Assembly: GCA_032718475.1 (NCBI GenBank)
Contig: JAUCBJ010004332.1
Coordinates: 1 to 61,951 of the forward strand
Reading direction: 5' to 3'
Origin: Nemertoderma westbladi
Lineage: Eukaryota > Animalia > Xenacoelomorpha
DNA length: 61,951 nt
The notes under the pieces were generated by a model. It was not told the DNA's origin. It saw nothing but the letters and a program-made list of their open reading frames with translations, and ran no database searches. Positions within the stretch are counted from its first letter, which is position 1, and the number at the start of each line of letters is the position of its first letter. The position numbers and the translations under genes were made by a program. Shown piece by piece: positions 40,885 through 52,253 of this stretch.

Positions 40885-41829
40885 CCCGTCCTTATTGAAC
40901 GACGATCCAACATCAAATGCTGGGGAGCCATCTTCACCTGCCTGAGGTCTAGGGCAATTTACCTAGATATCGTGGTAAATCTGACACAACACGCATTCAT
41001 AAACGCTCTGCGTCGGTTCGTGGCAAACAACGGGACATGCCGCCACATGTATTCCGATAATGGTACAAACTTTGTGGGAGGAGAAAGGGAACTTAGAGAG
41101 GCGATCGAGGGATGGTTTACCGATAACACTGCATCCCAAGTCTGGAAGGAACACCAGATACAGTGGCACTTCCAGACCCCCTTAGCACCCCATACGAGCG
41201 GGGTATGGGAGAAACTAATCGACCTAGTGAAACGGTCCATGCGCGTCGCTCTAGGCGATACCCGGGTAACCCATGACACCCTCCGCACAACATTTTGCGA
41301 GATCACGGCTACCCTGAACAACCGACCCATTGTTCCTATCCGCGACGACCCCACAGACCTGGAACCCCTCACTCCTAACCACTTACTGGGGAGACCCAAA
41401 ACCCACCTCCTCCCGGAAACCATGTTCCCGGATCCCAATGAGATCACGAAACATACAAACTGGAAAAAGGCCCAAGCATTGGCAGCGCATTGGTGGAGGA
41501 TTTGGGCCCAGGAATATCTCATAACCCTCCGGACCAGGAGGAAATGGAACAACACCCACCGGAACGTTGCAGTTGGCGACATGGTACTAGTTAGAGAAGA
41601 TCTCAAAGACCGCGTTCACTGGCCTGTGGCGCGGGTCGTGACCATACACCCAAGCAAAGACGGACTTGCGAGGACTGTGACGATACGAACGAAAGCGGGC
41701 CACTACCAACGCCCCATCCAGAAGCTGTGCCTTCTTGAAGGCAATGACAGTGGTGATTCTACAAGAGGTGATAAGTTCCCTACTACGGATCCTGCTGCAG
41801 ACATCGGTGACAATGACAAATGTGTTTAA
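40885..41829 (+). pseudogene. BEL integrase core and C-terminal domain of element C, N-terminally truncated
   Basis: Motifs KCWGAIFTCL..RAIYLD, SDNGTNFVG, GVWEKL, LNNRP, LTPNHLL, RPIQKLCLLE. Starts just after the first catalytic Asp. Confidence 0.92.
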
Positions 41830-42106
41830 ACCCTTCTCATCATGTTGACAAACTCTTTATAAACTGTGATTTATCAACAATGAGTTATGGACCCCCCTTA
41901 AACCAACTGTAACCACGCAATGGTATTTGTGTTTCCTCGTGTGTTATGTGGAGTCCAGCATCACCCTGCAGATGTTTCGACTGACGCAGGGTCGTTTATG
42001 CATTGTTTACCCTGATTTTGGTCATCGGGACCAACGATATTGGATTATTGGAAATGGAAAAGATTTGAAGTGGAATTCATTGTATTCATTGCAGTATGTT
42101 ATGTTG

Positions 42107-42530
42107 TCCGTTGCGTGCGCAGTTCGGGGCGTAGGCGGTGTAACGAGTCCAGCTGTAGATCCTGGATTGCCGCGCAACACCCCCTCTATCCCGTTATTCT
42201 GGTGGGTCCATGGTGCATCCACATGACTTCGACGATAGAGGGTTTTATGTTTCTCAGTCGCGTTATTCTGGTGGGACCGTTGCGTGGATTTTGGGGCGTA
42301 GGCGGTGTAACGAGTCCAGCTGTAGATCCCAGAATGTTGCGTAACCCCATCCCACATGACTTCGTCGACTGAGCTTTATGTTGTTGGGAGTGTTATTCTG
42401 GTGGGTCCCTGGTGCATCCACGTGACTTCACTCCCAGCGTCTTCATTGTCCGTTACGTGCGCAGTTTGGGGCGTAGGCGGTGTAACGAGTCCAGCTGTAG
42501 ATCCCAGATTGCCGCGTAACACCCCTTCCA
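42107..42530 (+). repeat. Three ~170-bp tandem repeats in the pol-ORF2 spacer of C
   Basis: Invariant core GGGGCGTAGGCGGTGTAACGAGTCCAGCTGTAGATCC at 42126, 42293 and 42468. Confidence 0.9.
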
Positions 42531-43087
42531 CGACAAAGATTAACCAAAGAAAATGATTGAATATAGTTGGAAATGATGAAAAGGATCAGACAACTCTGCC
42601 ATAAACCTGAATGATGACGCGTATACTGATGAAAATGAAATGATGCGCACCCTGGTGCTGCGCTTATAACAATGATGATAGCCGGGGGGCTATAAACCCA
42701 ATGATGATGTGGAAATAAATAAATAAATGTGAAATAAATGGTGGAACTAAATGTGTTGAAATATATGTGGAAATAAATGAAATGAGATGAAATAATAATG
42801 AAAAGAAATGAAAAAAGAAAAAAAAAGGTATAAAAGAGGTCAAAGAAAAGAATTGGAAAAAAAAGGACAAAAAAGTCATAAAAAAAAACTGGTTGGATAT
42901 TATGTATAGCTATAGTAACTGTAAATGCTGAATGTATTAGCAATAAGATGATAGATGTCTATATAGCAATGTTATTTAATAAACTGAATTCAATAAAAAA
43001 AACTGAATTATTCTGCTATCGCTATAGTTTCAGACTTTCTGGACTTATAATTAACTGATCTAATTTGTAACGGATATAATCGTAAAT

Positions 43088-45688
43088 ATGGACCCAAATC
43101 GCCAAATTATTGGCGAATTACGTAACACGATAGATCTACTGGAATATTCGCAACCCGGATCCCCTGACTTTGATACAAATTGGAACATTCTGCTAAATGA
43201 GAACGTACGAGAAATTAAATTCACCGGGCGAGAGGGACCGGATTCTAAGAATCTACGAGCCCTCCGGTTAGCCGATGCTAGTACGAGACTGAAAAGAACT
43301 CGGAACGCAAAGGCAACCGGAGGGGACGATTCGTCGTTTTGGGAAACGTTCCGGCAGAGCGTCTACAGATCCCGATGTTTGATCTACGACAACGAGGGAA
43401 ACGCGACGCCCACCTCGAAGGCGATTACGTTGGCGAGATGTCAGAGTTTCGTCGACGACAAGAGTACGTACCTCGCCCACTGGGGAAACCTGTCGGAGTG
43501 TACGGCGACGCTTCGAGAGGAACGCGTATCGATTATCCAAAACCGCGACGACTACCAGGAAAAGTACGGGGCGAAAGAATACGGTCGATCCTTAGTCGTC
43601 GTCCTCGGAACCCTGGACGGTTTGGTACTGGTGTGCCGAATATTCCCGACACCCAGACATGAAGTGCAGGCAGCCGGAGCGATCTGGTTGCTGCCTCCGG
43701 ATATCCAAAAGATCCTCTTCGACTTCGACGTCATTAAAATCGGGTCGGATATCAAGGCGGACGTCCGGAACGACTACGCGAACGCTCCCGCAGGAAGAAA
43801 CCGATGAAATGACCTCAACGCACTTAGCCATTGCATCGACACTCAAACGCTGCTAGCCTGGTTACGATTCGCCGAGTTCATGCGAGGATTCCAAGAAGTG
43901 AGACTGACGAAATCCGGGATCGGCTACCTCGCTGTGCTCAACGGCGGTATCGACTTCAAACCCCAGAAATTCCGGGACTATAATAAAATATACGGCGGAT
44001 ACCCGGGATTAGAGATAAAGAGCGAGCGAGAGGGTCGATGGAAGGACGTCGATCGGAAGTGGACGATACACCAAAGGTGGGAGAATCCCGATCGACGGAG
44101 CTATATCTACGTCGTTATGGAATGCTACACCGTCGCTAAGTTTATCTGCAAGACTCTAGATAACCTCATCACGGCGGTCCCCCTTTCCTTCGTCGACTAC
44201 GACTGGAACGAGGTTATAAACCACGCGTTTAAAGCGGTCGAGAACATTACACCGGGAGAATCAAAAACGCCCGCCGTTATCGATTCCTGGGACGAGAGCG
44301 GACCTTACGACATCCCTACGATTACCGAACTTCTCGGTGCGGAGGAGCCTCTGATCTCCTCGGAAGGGGAAGAGATATGGCTAAACGAGGGTGTTCTACT
44401 CTCCACCCCGAAGCGACAACTCGAACCGGAGGCCGCGTACGGACCGGCCGCCAAACGGGTTGCCTCGGCCGAACCGGTGAAGAGAGCAGGCGTCTACACC
44501 CCACGCGGCTCCGGTAGCCCCGCGAGAGAGGTAGCCACTACGGCTGCATTGAGCGACTTCGGCGACATATGCCAACGGTTATCCCCGTATCCTTTCCCGG
44601 GCGGCGAAGATTGGTCGTCGGAGATTCCGAGTACCAGCCACCAACGGACCCGCTCAGCGATACTGGTCGAGGAAGGCCCCAGCGATGCGCCGACACCCGA
44701 CGATCTCCTCGGTATCCCTCCGTCGAAAACCCCGGCACCTCTTCGCCGACCAGCGGTGGCTACTACACCCGCCATTCCTCAGGACCCTATGCGACTAACC
44801 CGTTGGTACGCCGAGCAAACTGAATGGATCCACCGCCAGAAACGGTCGTCCGAGTTGAGACCATCGGGACATAAAGAGGGTTATCGAAGCGAGAACATAC
44901 TACGCAAGAGCCCAGCATTCCGCGGGCTACCGACCACCGAGAATATTCCGAAGAGCGACCGACGTCTCGAATACTACGCCGGCGTCCCGATTCCGATATT
45001 CCCCGGTCGAGAGATGCAGTTGGAGGTATGCGGCGACTGCGGTTCGGAGCAGTGCCCACGCAGCAGAAGGAATCGAGTTACCGATTCTTGCCTCCAGCTC
45101 CTCGGGATACTCTATTGCCCATACTGCGCGATATCGGGCCACGACGTTTCGGTCTGTCCGATCCTTTATAACCTCTGCACCACGTGCGGTTTCCGTGGAC
45201 ATTCCGCTAGCCCCCACTGCTATATTAAATGTCCAACCAAAGACGTTACCGCTATGGGCAATATGGTCATGTTTGAGACATACGCAAACAGCCATTTAAA
45301 GACCAAGTTTCGGAGAAACGCTCGGAATATCGCGCAGGAGATGGCGTGCGGATATTTCTCCTTCCCGGAACGCCTCCACACGTCAGCCTCGCTACCCTTC
45401 CATTACGTGGATCTGCTACTGAGCGCCGGTTTATTCGGTCCATTCGAAGTTATTAGACGATTATATTCGTATAAAGAGGAGTTCGGTGACGGAGAATGGT
45501 TCCTAGAGACACGCAACTCCGAGTTGGAAAGACGAACCGACATGATCCCGTTGCCTTCGAAAGGAAGAGCCGCCAGGAGACAAGCCGAAGCGTTACTCAC
45601 GATGGATGTTGACGCTCCTCTACCAGCCATAGCGATCGATGAGAGTCGACGGGCGAAGAGACGGAAGGCGTATCAGAAAAAGAAATAG
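43088..45688 (+). pseudogene. Element C accessory ORF2 (about 866 codons, one in-frame TGA at 43805): DEDDy-like exonuclease, Pro-rich linker, CCHC knuckles
   Basis: Motifs: YDNEG; LPPDIQKILFDFDVIKIGSDIKAD; CIDTQ; SGIGYLAVLNGGIDFK; RWENPDRRSYIYVVME; CPYCAISGHDVSVCPILYNLCTTCGFRGH. Confidence 0.8.
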
Positions 45689-45854
45689 TGGATTGGGATA
45701 TTCCAGGAACATTTATCGAACATTTATTTTTATACAAACTCTAGGCCAAATTAATTAAAAACTATGCAATATTAAATTTGGGATTTTTTATATTGGGAAT
45801 GACCTACGCAAACTCAATCGACCGACAGACTTCATGAAGGTCATTGGGGGGGAC

Positions 45855-47440
45855 TGTTCGCGGTATTTCAACTTTCCATAACGCGAGTTGAATATTTTTG
45901 TATTTTATTAAAATTGATTATTCCGATATTACTACTGGGTGCGGGTCTATGGGTTTTGGGCACATTCAATAAACTGGGGGCGATTTATGGGCGAACTTTG
46001 GGGCAACTTACAGGGTACGGGAATAATTTCATAGTTATAAGGGCCAGGGGGGATGGAAAATGCAAGCAGTATTCAGGTTAGCCTGAGTACTATTAGGCCC
46101 TGGCCAAATTCCTGCTGCCTGTAGGGGTGGATTTGGTAATGCGCCAGGCCTAAAGGACAAGGACTGCCCTTAGCGGTCCCTGGCCAACGGCAGCTACTAC
46201 GAGACTGAAAAGAACTCGGAACGCTGACTGCTTGTGTCAGGGATTTGCGACGGGCACCGACGGCCCCTTAGTAGCCAAGCCGTTCTGGTTCTCGATGATC
46301 GAACCCCGGGGTTCGTGAGGGGTGGAGCGGACACGCGAACAGGTGGCCAACTTAAGACTGCCCCCTGACCTAAGCCGTACTGGTTCTCGATGACCGATCC
46401 CTTCGGGGTTCGTGAGGGGTGGGACGGACATGCGAAAGGGCTGGCCACAGGACTGGTTTGACAAGGACTGCCCTTAGCGGTCTCGGGTCAACTGCAGCTA
46501 CTACGAGCCTGAAAAGAACTCGGAACGCTGACTGCTTGACTGGGATTTGCGACGGGAACCGACGACAGACCCCTTAGCCAAGCCGTTCTGGTTCTCGATG
46601 ATCGCTCCCTTCGGGGTTCGTGAGGGGTGGAACGGACACGCGATGGGGTCGAAAGACAAAGGACTAGACTCGACTAGACTCTACTGGCCTACCGACCGTT
46701 CGGAGCAGTTTCTCGGCTGCCGAAGCGACTACGAGCCTGAAACGGACTCGGAAAGCCTAGGTGGTTGGGTTTCTGTAATGAACTGACGGACCCCTAGCCA
46801 AGCCGTTCTGGTTCTCGATGATCGAACCCTTCGGGGTTCGTGAGGGGTGGAACGGACACGCGAACGGGTCCACCGACACGACAGACTCTTAACCAAGCCG
46901 TACTGGTTCTCGATGACCGAACCCTTCAGGGTTCGAGAGGGGTGGTACGGATACGCGACAGAGTCTACCGACTGGACCGACCCTTAGCCAAGCCGGGCTG
47001 GTTCTCGATGATCGTTCCCTTCGGGGTTCGTGAGGGGTGGAACGGACACGCGACAGGGTCGACCGACACCGACACTACGGCACTAAGACTGGGACTGAGG
47101 GAAAATCTGGGGAACATTAGGTAGGCTAAAATTCTGAGCGAACAGTGGGTTATTAAATAATATACCGTAGGGATTTATATTATCGTGTATAATTATTGTG
47201 AATATTTGGTGTATATTGATTTGGGGAAGCCCAAAATTATTCTTAATCAGGTTTTCAACTATAGGAAGTTACATTAAAGAGTATATCCAACTAATGCAGC
47301 TTTTCTCAACCGCAAACTTGCATCTTAGAAATATTCCCTCCCCACAATCAATATCCGGTGACTGGCCGGGGCTCAGTGGTCTGTTAAGTCACGTCTCCAG
47401 CATCGGCGTTTTTCCCCCTGGTGTAGGAATAACGGCAACA
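45855..47440 (+). repeat. 3' LTR of element C
   Basis: TGTT..AACA termini, preceded by the PPT GGGGGGGAC; TATAA at 46036. There is no partner LTR to confirm the left boundary. Confidence 0.7.
46157..47060 (+). repeat. Composite tandem array of hairpin-forming units in LTR C
   Basis: Six 51-53-nt units at 46280, 46375, 46583, 46803, 46898 and 46993, interleaved with a second motif at about 46194, 46497 and 46725. Confidence 0.9.
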
Positions 47441-49683
47441 GTTATTGTTACATTAGGCCTGACCTTTTAGACTGATTTCGTGCAGGGAGATCAGTTATTG
47501 TTACATTTAGGCACGACCTCTTTTTAGGCTGATTCAGACAGGGGGATCAGTATTGTTACGCTAGGGCCGTAACCCACCTAGCTCGTATATAAACCATATA
47601 AATCACACCGCGGCAAGTTATTGTATTTAGGACTGTCAGCGATAGTTAGGATTCGCTGCGCGGGGATTGTTTTCCCGTGAGTTTGGTCTGTTACTGTAAC
47701 TGTACATCTGCCATACCGGTTAGAGGACAGGTATCCTTTTGTCTAGTTTGTAGGCATTAGACCCGCTCACATACATAGAATAGACACCAGGCTCTGCTCC
47801 TCGCCAGTAGTAGTTTGTGTATTGTATCTGTTTGTTTAGATATCCTGGACTGGGATTTGTTGTCAGATACTGTACGAGCCTGTTTCATTACTAGAGTCTC
47901 ATAGTAAGATACATCGTTACTAGGATCTGGTAAGCGGTATACTACTGGACTTTACGGATAGAGATATTCTATAGTTTCGTATTAGTAGATTGTAGGCTGT
48001 AGGGTAGTCCCTACCGTAGAGGACACAACACAGCTTACACTTATAGTGTATACCTTACCTAAGTATAATTATAGACTAGAATTAATTACAGAATACCGGT
48101 ATATATGTTCAGCCTAAATTTATAGAAATAAATATAATAAGCCTATTGTAAATACCGGTACGTCAATTATTTTAGAATAATTGAATTTCCGAATTTTCAG
48201 GGTTACTTAGTTACTTTACTTTACTTTATTACCGTTATTTAAGCAGTACTCCAACTGATATTAAGACCTAATTGTTGTATGACAGGCCTACTATTTTATA
48301 AATCGGTTTGAGTTGATTTATAATATATATACCCGTTTAAAGGGTTTTGTTACAATATTTGAAATTAATGTTATTATTTCTGGGAAGGAGTCACTACACA
48401 GAAGCTATACGCTCTCAGTGAAGTGCTACTTGTTGGACACTAAAACAAATAATTATACTTGCCTAAGTTACTTATTACTACAAATTACTTATAATGCGGG
48501 GTGAAATTACGATCTCTAAATAAACACAAAAATTACACGTACGAATTTTTAGGGTTAATTTTAAAGGGAATCTACAAACCAGCCTAACAAGAGTTAGAAT
48601 ATCTGGTTATTACAAACGGACAGGATATTACGGTATTTGAAAATAATAAAGTAGTAGTAAATATATTTCATTGTCTAGATAGGAAAAATACCACTGTCTG
48701 ACGACTTATAGCCGTAGCACTATAAGTACTATGTTATGTCCCCGGAGTGTTCCTACCTAGAAGTTAATTACCGCAGCCTACTATAGCTAACGTGCCTATT
48801 AACCACTTTACAACACAAATATACTGCCTACACACTAATTACCTTCGGAAAGCACAGTACACTAAACCCTAAATTAGGTACAAGTACTTATACAACAAAT
48901 AACCAGCAGTTAAAAATACTTGTACAGCTAAAAGAACCACGGTATCTGCCGGAGTGACCAGAGCACAAAATCACCAGTCTTTACCTACGCCAAACAGTCC
49001 TGATGTAGTACTGGGGTTAATTTAACTATAACGGTATGTATAACAAGCACAATTACTGTGGGAATAAACTTGGGGTTGTAAATGTTGCGAATAATCGCAT
49101 AAACTCTGAATAAAAAATATTACGCTACCCGTACAGACTACACAAACAAAATACAGACCAAACGCTGGCAGACTACTATCAAGCCTAAATAAACTACAGT
49201 ATATGCAGACTCCGAAATGGTTAGTTAGTATGCGTTCTAACCGAGTAGTACAACTTATTCTTTCGGAGGGGATTTACCTTACAGCACTGGATGCCCCCAC
49301 GTTCCTAACTAGTACTTTATCGGACATACACTCTACACACACTGCAATCTCTTCACACTTAACAACAGTCAGACAACAATCCAGCCTACAAATTATCTGT
49401 ACAATCTGAGCAGGCTTATACACGTCTTCTGCTCAATATTAACTTACAAATAAATAAAACTGAAAGAAATAAGCAAAATCCCAATAAAAAACCAGGGCGG
49501 CCGTCCCTGATTAAATATCAAGACCTACCGGTATATAATTATCAAAATCGAATAATACTGATGTACCTGTACTGCTGTAAGTACCAGTCCGGGTGGTTAG
49601 GTAGTTAGGCCTACTGATTACCGGTCGACCGGTACTTTTCGACTTTATTGCCTACGTTGCAATAAAGAAAGAATAACTGTTAT

Positions 49684-50886
49684 TGTTCGCGCTTTTAGAC
49701 TTTTAGCAGTTTAACCTGCCAAATTTAGGTGTCTTCTAGGTTATAAATCGACTTTAGCCTATGACAAGTATTTGATACACATAAAGCTACATTAGCCGAA
49801 GCCAGCCTATGCGCGACCATTTACCCACGGTTAAAGGAGACTGGATTTGGATGCTTTGACCTTATTGCGATGTAGGCCTACTGTACTATTCGATTGATCG
49901 TTAATATATAATCTCTGACAAATATTATTCACTTTCGGGAAATACTAACAGTTCCTTTAGGACGTGGCGCTCTAAATATGTAAACAGAGTTATGACTTAC
50001 ACTAAACGCAACGGGATGGCTTATGATTTACGTATAAGGCGCATTCTTTAGGAAATGCTTTGTTATCTGTCACACTCATGCACACTACCTCACACTGCTG
50101 CACACTGATCTGCCGACCTTCACTAATTTTAGTCATATATAAGGAAAATAGCAACCAACACATGTAGGGTCTATGAAATAGCATTCAATTCACTCCAAAA
50201 CCACTATAATGTAAGTCGCAATTGCTATATGTAACCGGTCTCTAACCTTCAGTATATCAAGAAGATTGGGGTTTTATGATTATTTATCGATATTCTCCAA
50301 ATATAACACATATCCATCAACTGATAACAATTAATAACCGACAGTAAATAGCAGTAAAATAATGCGGTGAAAGTTGGGTAGGACGTAATGCATTGAGTTG
50401 ACTAGACTGTACCATGTGATTTGATTTGATATGATAACAGTTATACGTTTCTATGATCAAAGCCGTTCTAATGTTTGGCTAAAGTCTGAAACACAGAATA
50501 ATTCCACAGCCGATGTTCTGGGCTAGGAAAAAGGGTAAACAAAGACCATAATGCATTGCGCGATTTCCCGGAGGCCTCTGTGCAAATAAAATGAAAATCG
50601 CTCTGATTGGTCGAGTGAGTGAGCCTGAACAAAGGAAGCCAAAAGCTCCACGTCGACATATCAGCTGATAGATGTCGTCATCTGAACTACACTGCATCAA
50701 GAGTATTTTGGCGCATTGCGGCATAAGATAGCTTGTTATGTCCGCTAAAGTACACATACAGAAAAATGGCTTTTTATGTCCACTAAAACACCTACACAGT
50801 AAGAAAACGGCTTTTTATGTCCGCTAAAACACCTACAGAGTACTTTGCGGGGAAAATGACTAGCTAGATCCGCAAAAGCTTTTACA
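49684..50886 (-). repeat. 5' LTR of element A
   Basis: Direct repeat of 4167-5369, followed by TSD CGTAC. Confidence 0.93.
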
Positions 50887-50940
50887 CGTACTGTATGTCT
50901 TGGTCTGGCTTTACGGTTCGTGTGCATATGATAATAGAAT

Positions 50941-51868
50941 ATGATATCTCTCAAAGATTTACGCAAACCATTTAAGACTAAAGAACTTGCGCGATTATTA
51001 CTATCTAATTGGGATCGTGTAAAAACATATACATATCCCTTGCAAACCAATGAATGTCCATTTGCATTCGTAACAGATCATGACCCAAAAGAAATAGAGT
51101 TTCGGTACTATAGGAAGGGGCCAACTATTAAATATGACACACATGACATTTTTCGCCACATATATCGCACAGGTGTTGAAGGTATATACAAGACTGTTGT
51201 AACGGTTCCAGGAAAACATGCTGACCGTATGTTACTCGTCTATAAGAAAAGCAGCCACGAAGAAGACTCATCTTCTGTTATTGAGCTAATTCCACAAAAG
51301 AGGGTACGTCATGTGTTAAATGATGAAGCTCTAGGGTGCGTGGAGCAGACCATTACAGACCCTATCGTCAAACACACTAAACCATCTGTTCTTGCCACTG
51401 AGCTCAATGTTCAGAGCGACTCTACTATTTTCGAAGGTGGTCTTGAGTCCCATATTACCAATAAACACATTTCGAATTACAAATATCAAATGAAAGAACA
51501 ACTACACCCGTATACAAACATATTCTTAATGAAAGCGTCGCAGAACCCTGGTGACGAATTCATTCGTGATTGTCTATATAGCCACTGTTATATATACATC
51601 TACTCCACATTCATTTCCACTCGGTGCTGACACAGTGTTTACCATATCAAATAGCTGTTGGGGTTTCTTCACGTGTTACAGGCTAACAATTTTTGAAGGA
51701 GACCCTGTAGTTTTGGGCCCAGGTGGACTTATCCCTTCAAGGGACATGCTGGACTATAGATTTGTGTTTCAACCGCTTGCTGACACTTTCCTTCAAACCG
51801 ATCTCCAATATTACATGACTGATGGAGAACAAGCGATTTCTAACGCTCTTGAGCATTTGAGCAAATAA
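50941..51868 (+). pseudogene. Mutator/MULE-like transposase remnant
   Basis: Frameshifted ORF pair. LGADTVF..GDPVVLGP..YYMTDGEQAISNAL matches the pattern around the first two catalytic Asp residues of MULE transposases. Truncated. Confidence 0.6.
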
Positions 51869-52253
51869 TATACTGTATAAAAATATATGATTGGATAATT
51901 AATAACTCTGAAATATATATTCAGTATTAATCAGGCTAAATAAACTATAAGAAAGTTCGAGATGTCAGTTATATTCGATGAAAAAATTCTGGGTTGGAGC
52001 AAGTTAAATTTATTATTAGTAAATCTCAAATATATTTCGGTAGCTCAGCGCTATCATTATCAATAAATTACTTACAAATTCTAATCTAATATAAATTGCA
52101 GAAATTGACTACCGTAACGTACTGTTGAAAATTGCACAAAAAACGGAATAAATTTGGTAACCAAAATTAGAAACATATGCTACTATATACATACGCTACA
52201 CATACATCTTACATACAACCCCCCCCCCCCACCAAACCTCCCCCCTTTTTTTA

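Larger units (their letters stand above)
40877..47440 (+). mobile_element. 5'-truncated BEL/Pao element C (integrase, ORF2, one LTR)
   Basis: Interrupts LTR B. GTTAT is duplicated (40872-40876, 47441-47445). Right end is ..GGCAACA. Confidence 0.88.
20799..48030 (+). mobile_element. BEL/Pao LTR retrotransposon B, inserted in the 5' leader of A
   Basis: TGATGAATT..CACAACA termini with TSD CAGCT (20794-20798, 48031-48035). The GAATACCGGTATA leader repeats of A continue on both sides. Confidence 0.93.
39207..48030 (+). repeat. 3' LTR of element B, split by element C
   Basis: 39207-40876 and 47446-48030 together match 20799-23065. Preceded by the purine tract GGAGAGG. Confidence 0.92.
4167..50886 (-). 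mobile_element. BEL/Pao LTR retrotransposon A (outermost; about 19.5 kb without nested insertions)
   Basis: Two 1203-bp TG..CA direct repeats flanked by a 5-bp TSD CGTAC (4162-4166, 50887-50891). Domain order is gag-PR-RT-RH-IN with BEL-type Gag knuckles. Confidence 0.93.

Noticed and set aside
43805-43807. Programmed readthrough or selenocysteine at the single TGA of C ORF2
   Set aside because: Neighbouring elements have many random stops. The LTR hairpins have only a 7-bp upper stem and no apical AA, unlike SECIS. Simple decay is more parsimonious.
46157-47060. CRISPR-like repeat/spacer appearance
   Set aside because: Repeats are over 50 nt and degenerate, the spacers are related to each other, there are no cas genes, and the context is a eukaryotic LTR.
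51900-52253. Hammerhead ribozyme expected in a Penelope pLTR
   Set aside because: No CTGANGA..GAAA core was found by eye on the element strand.
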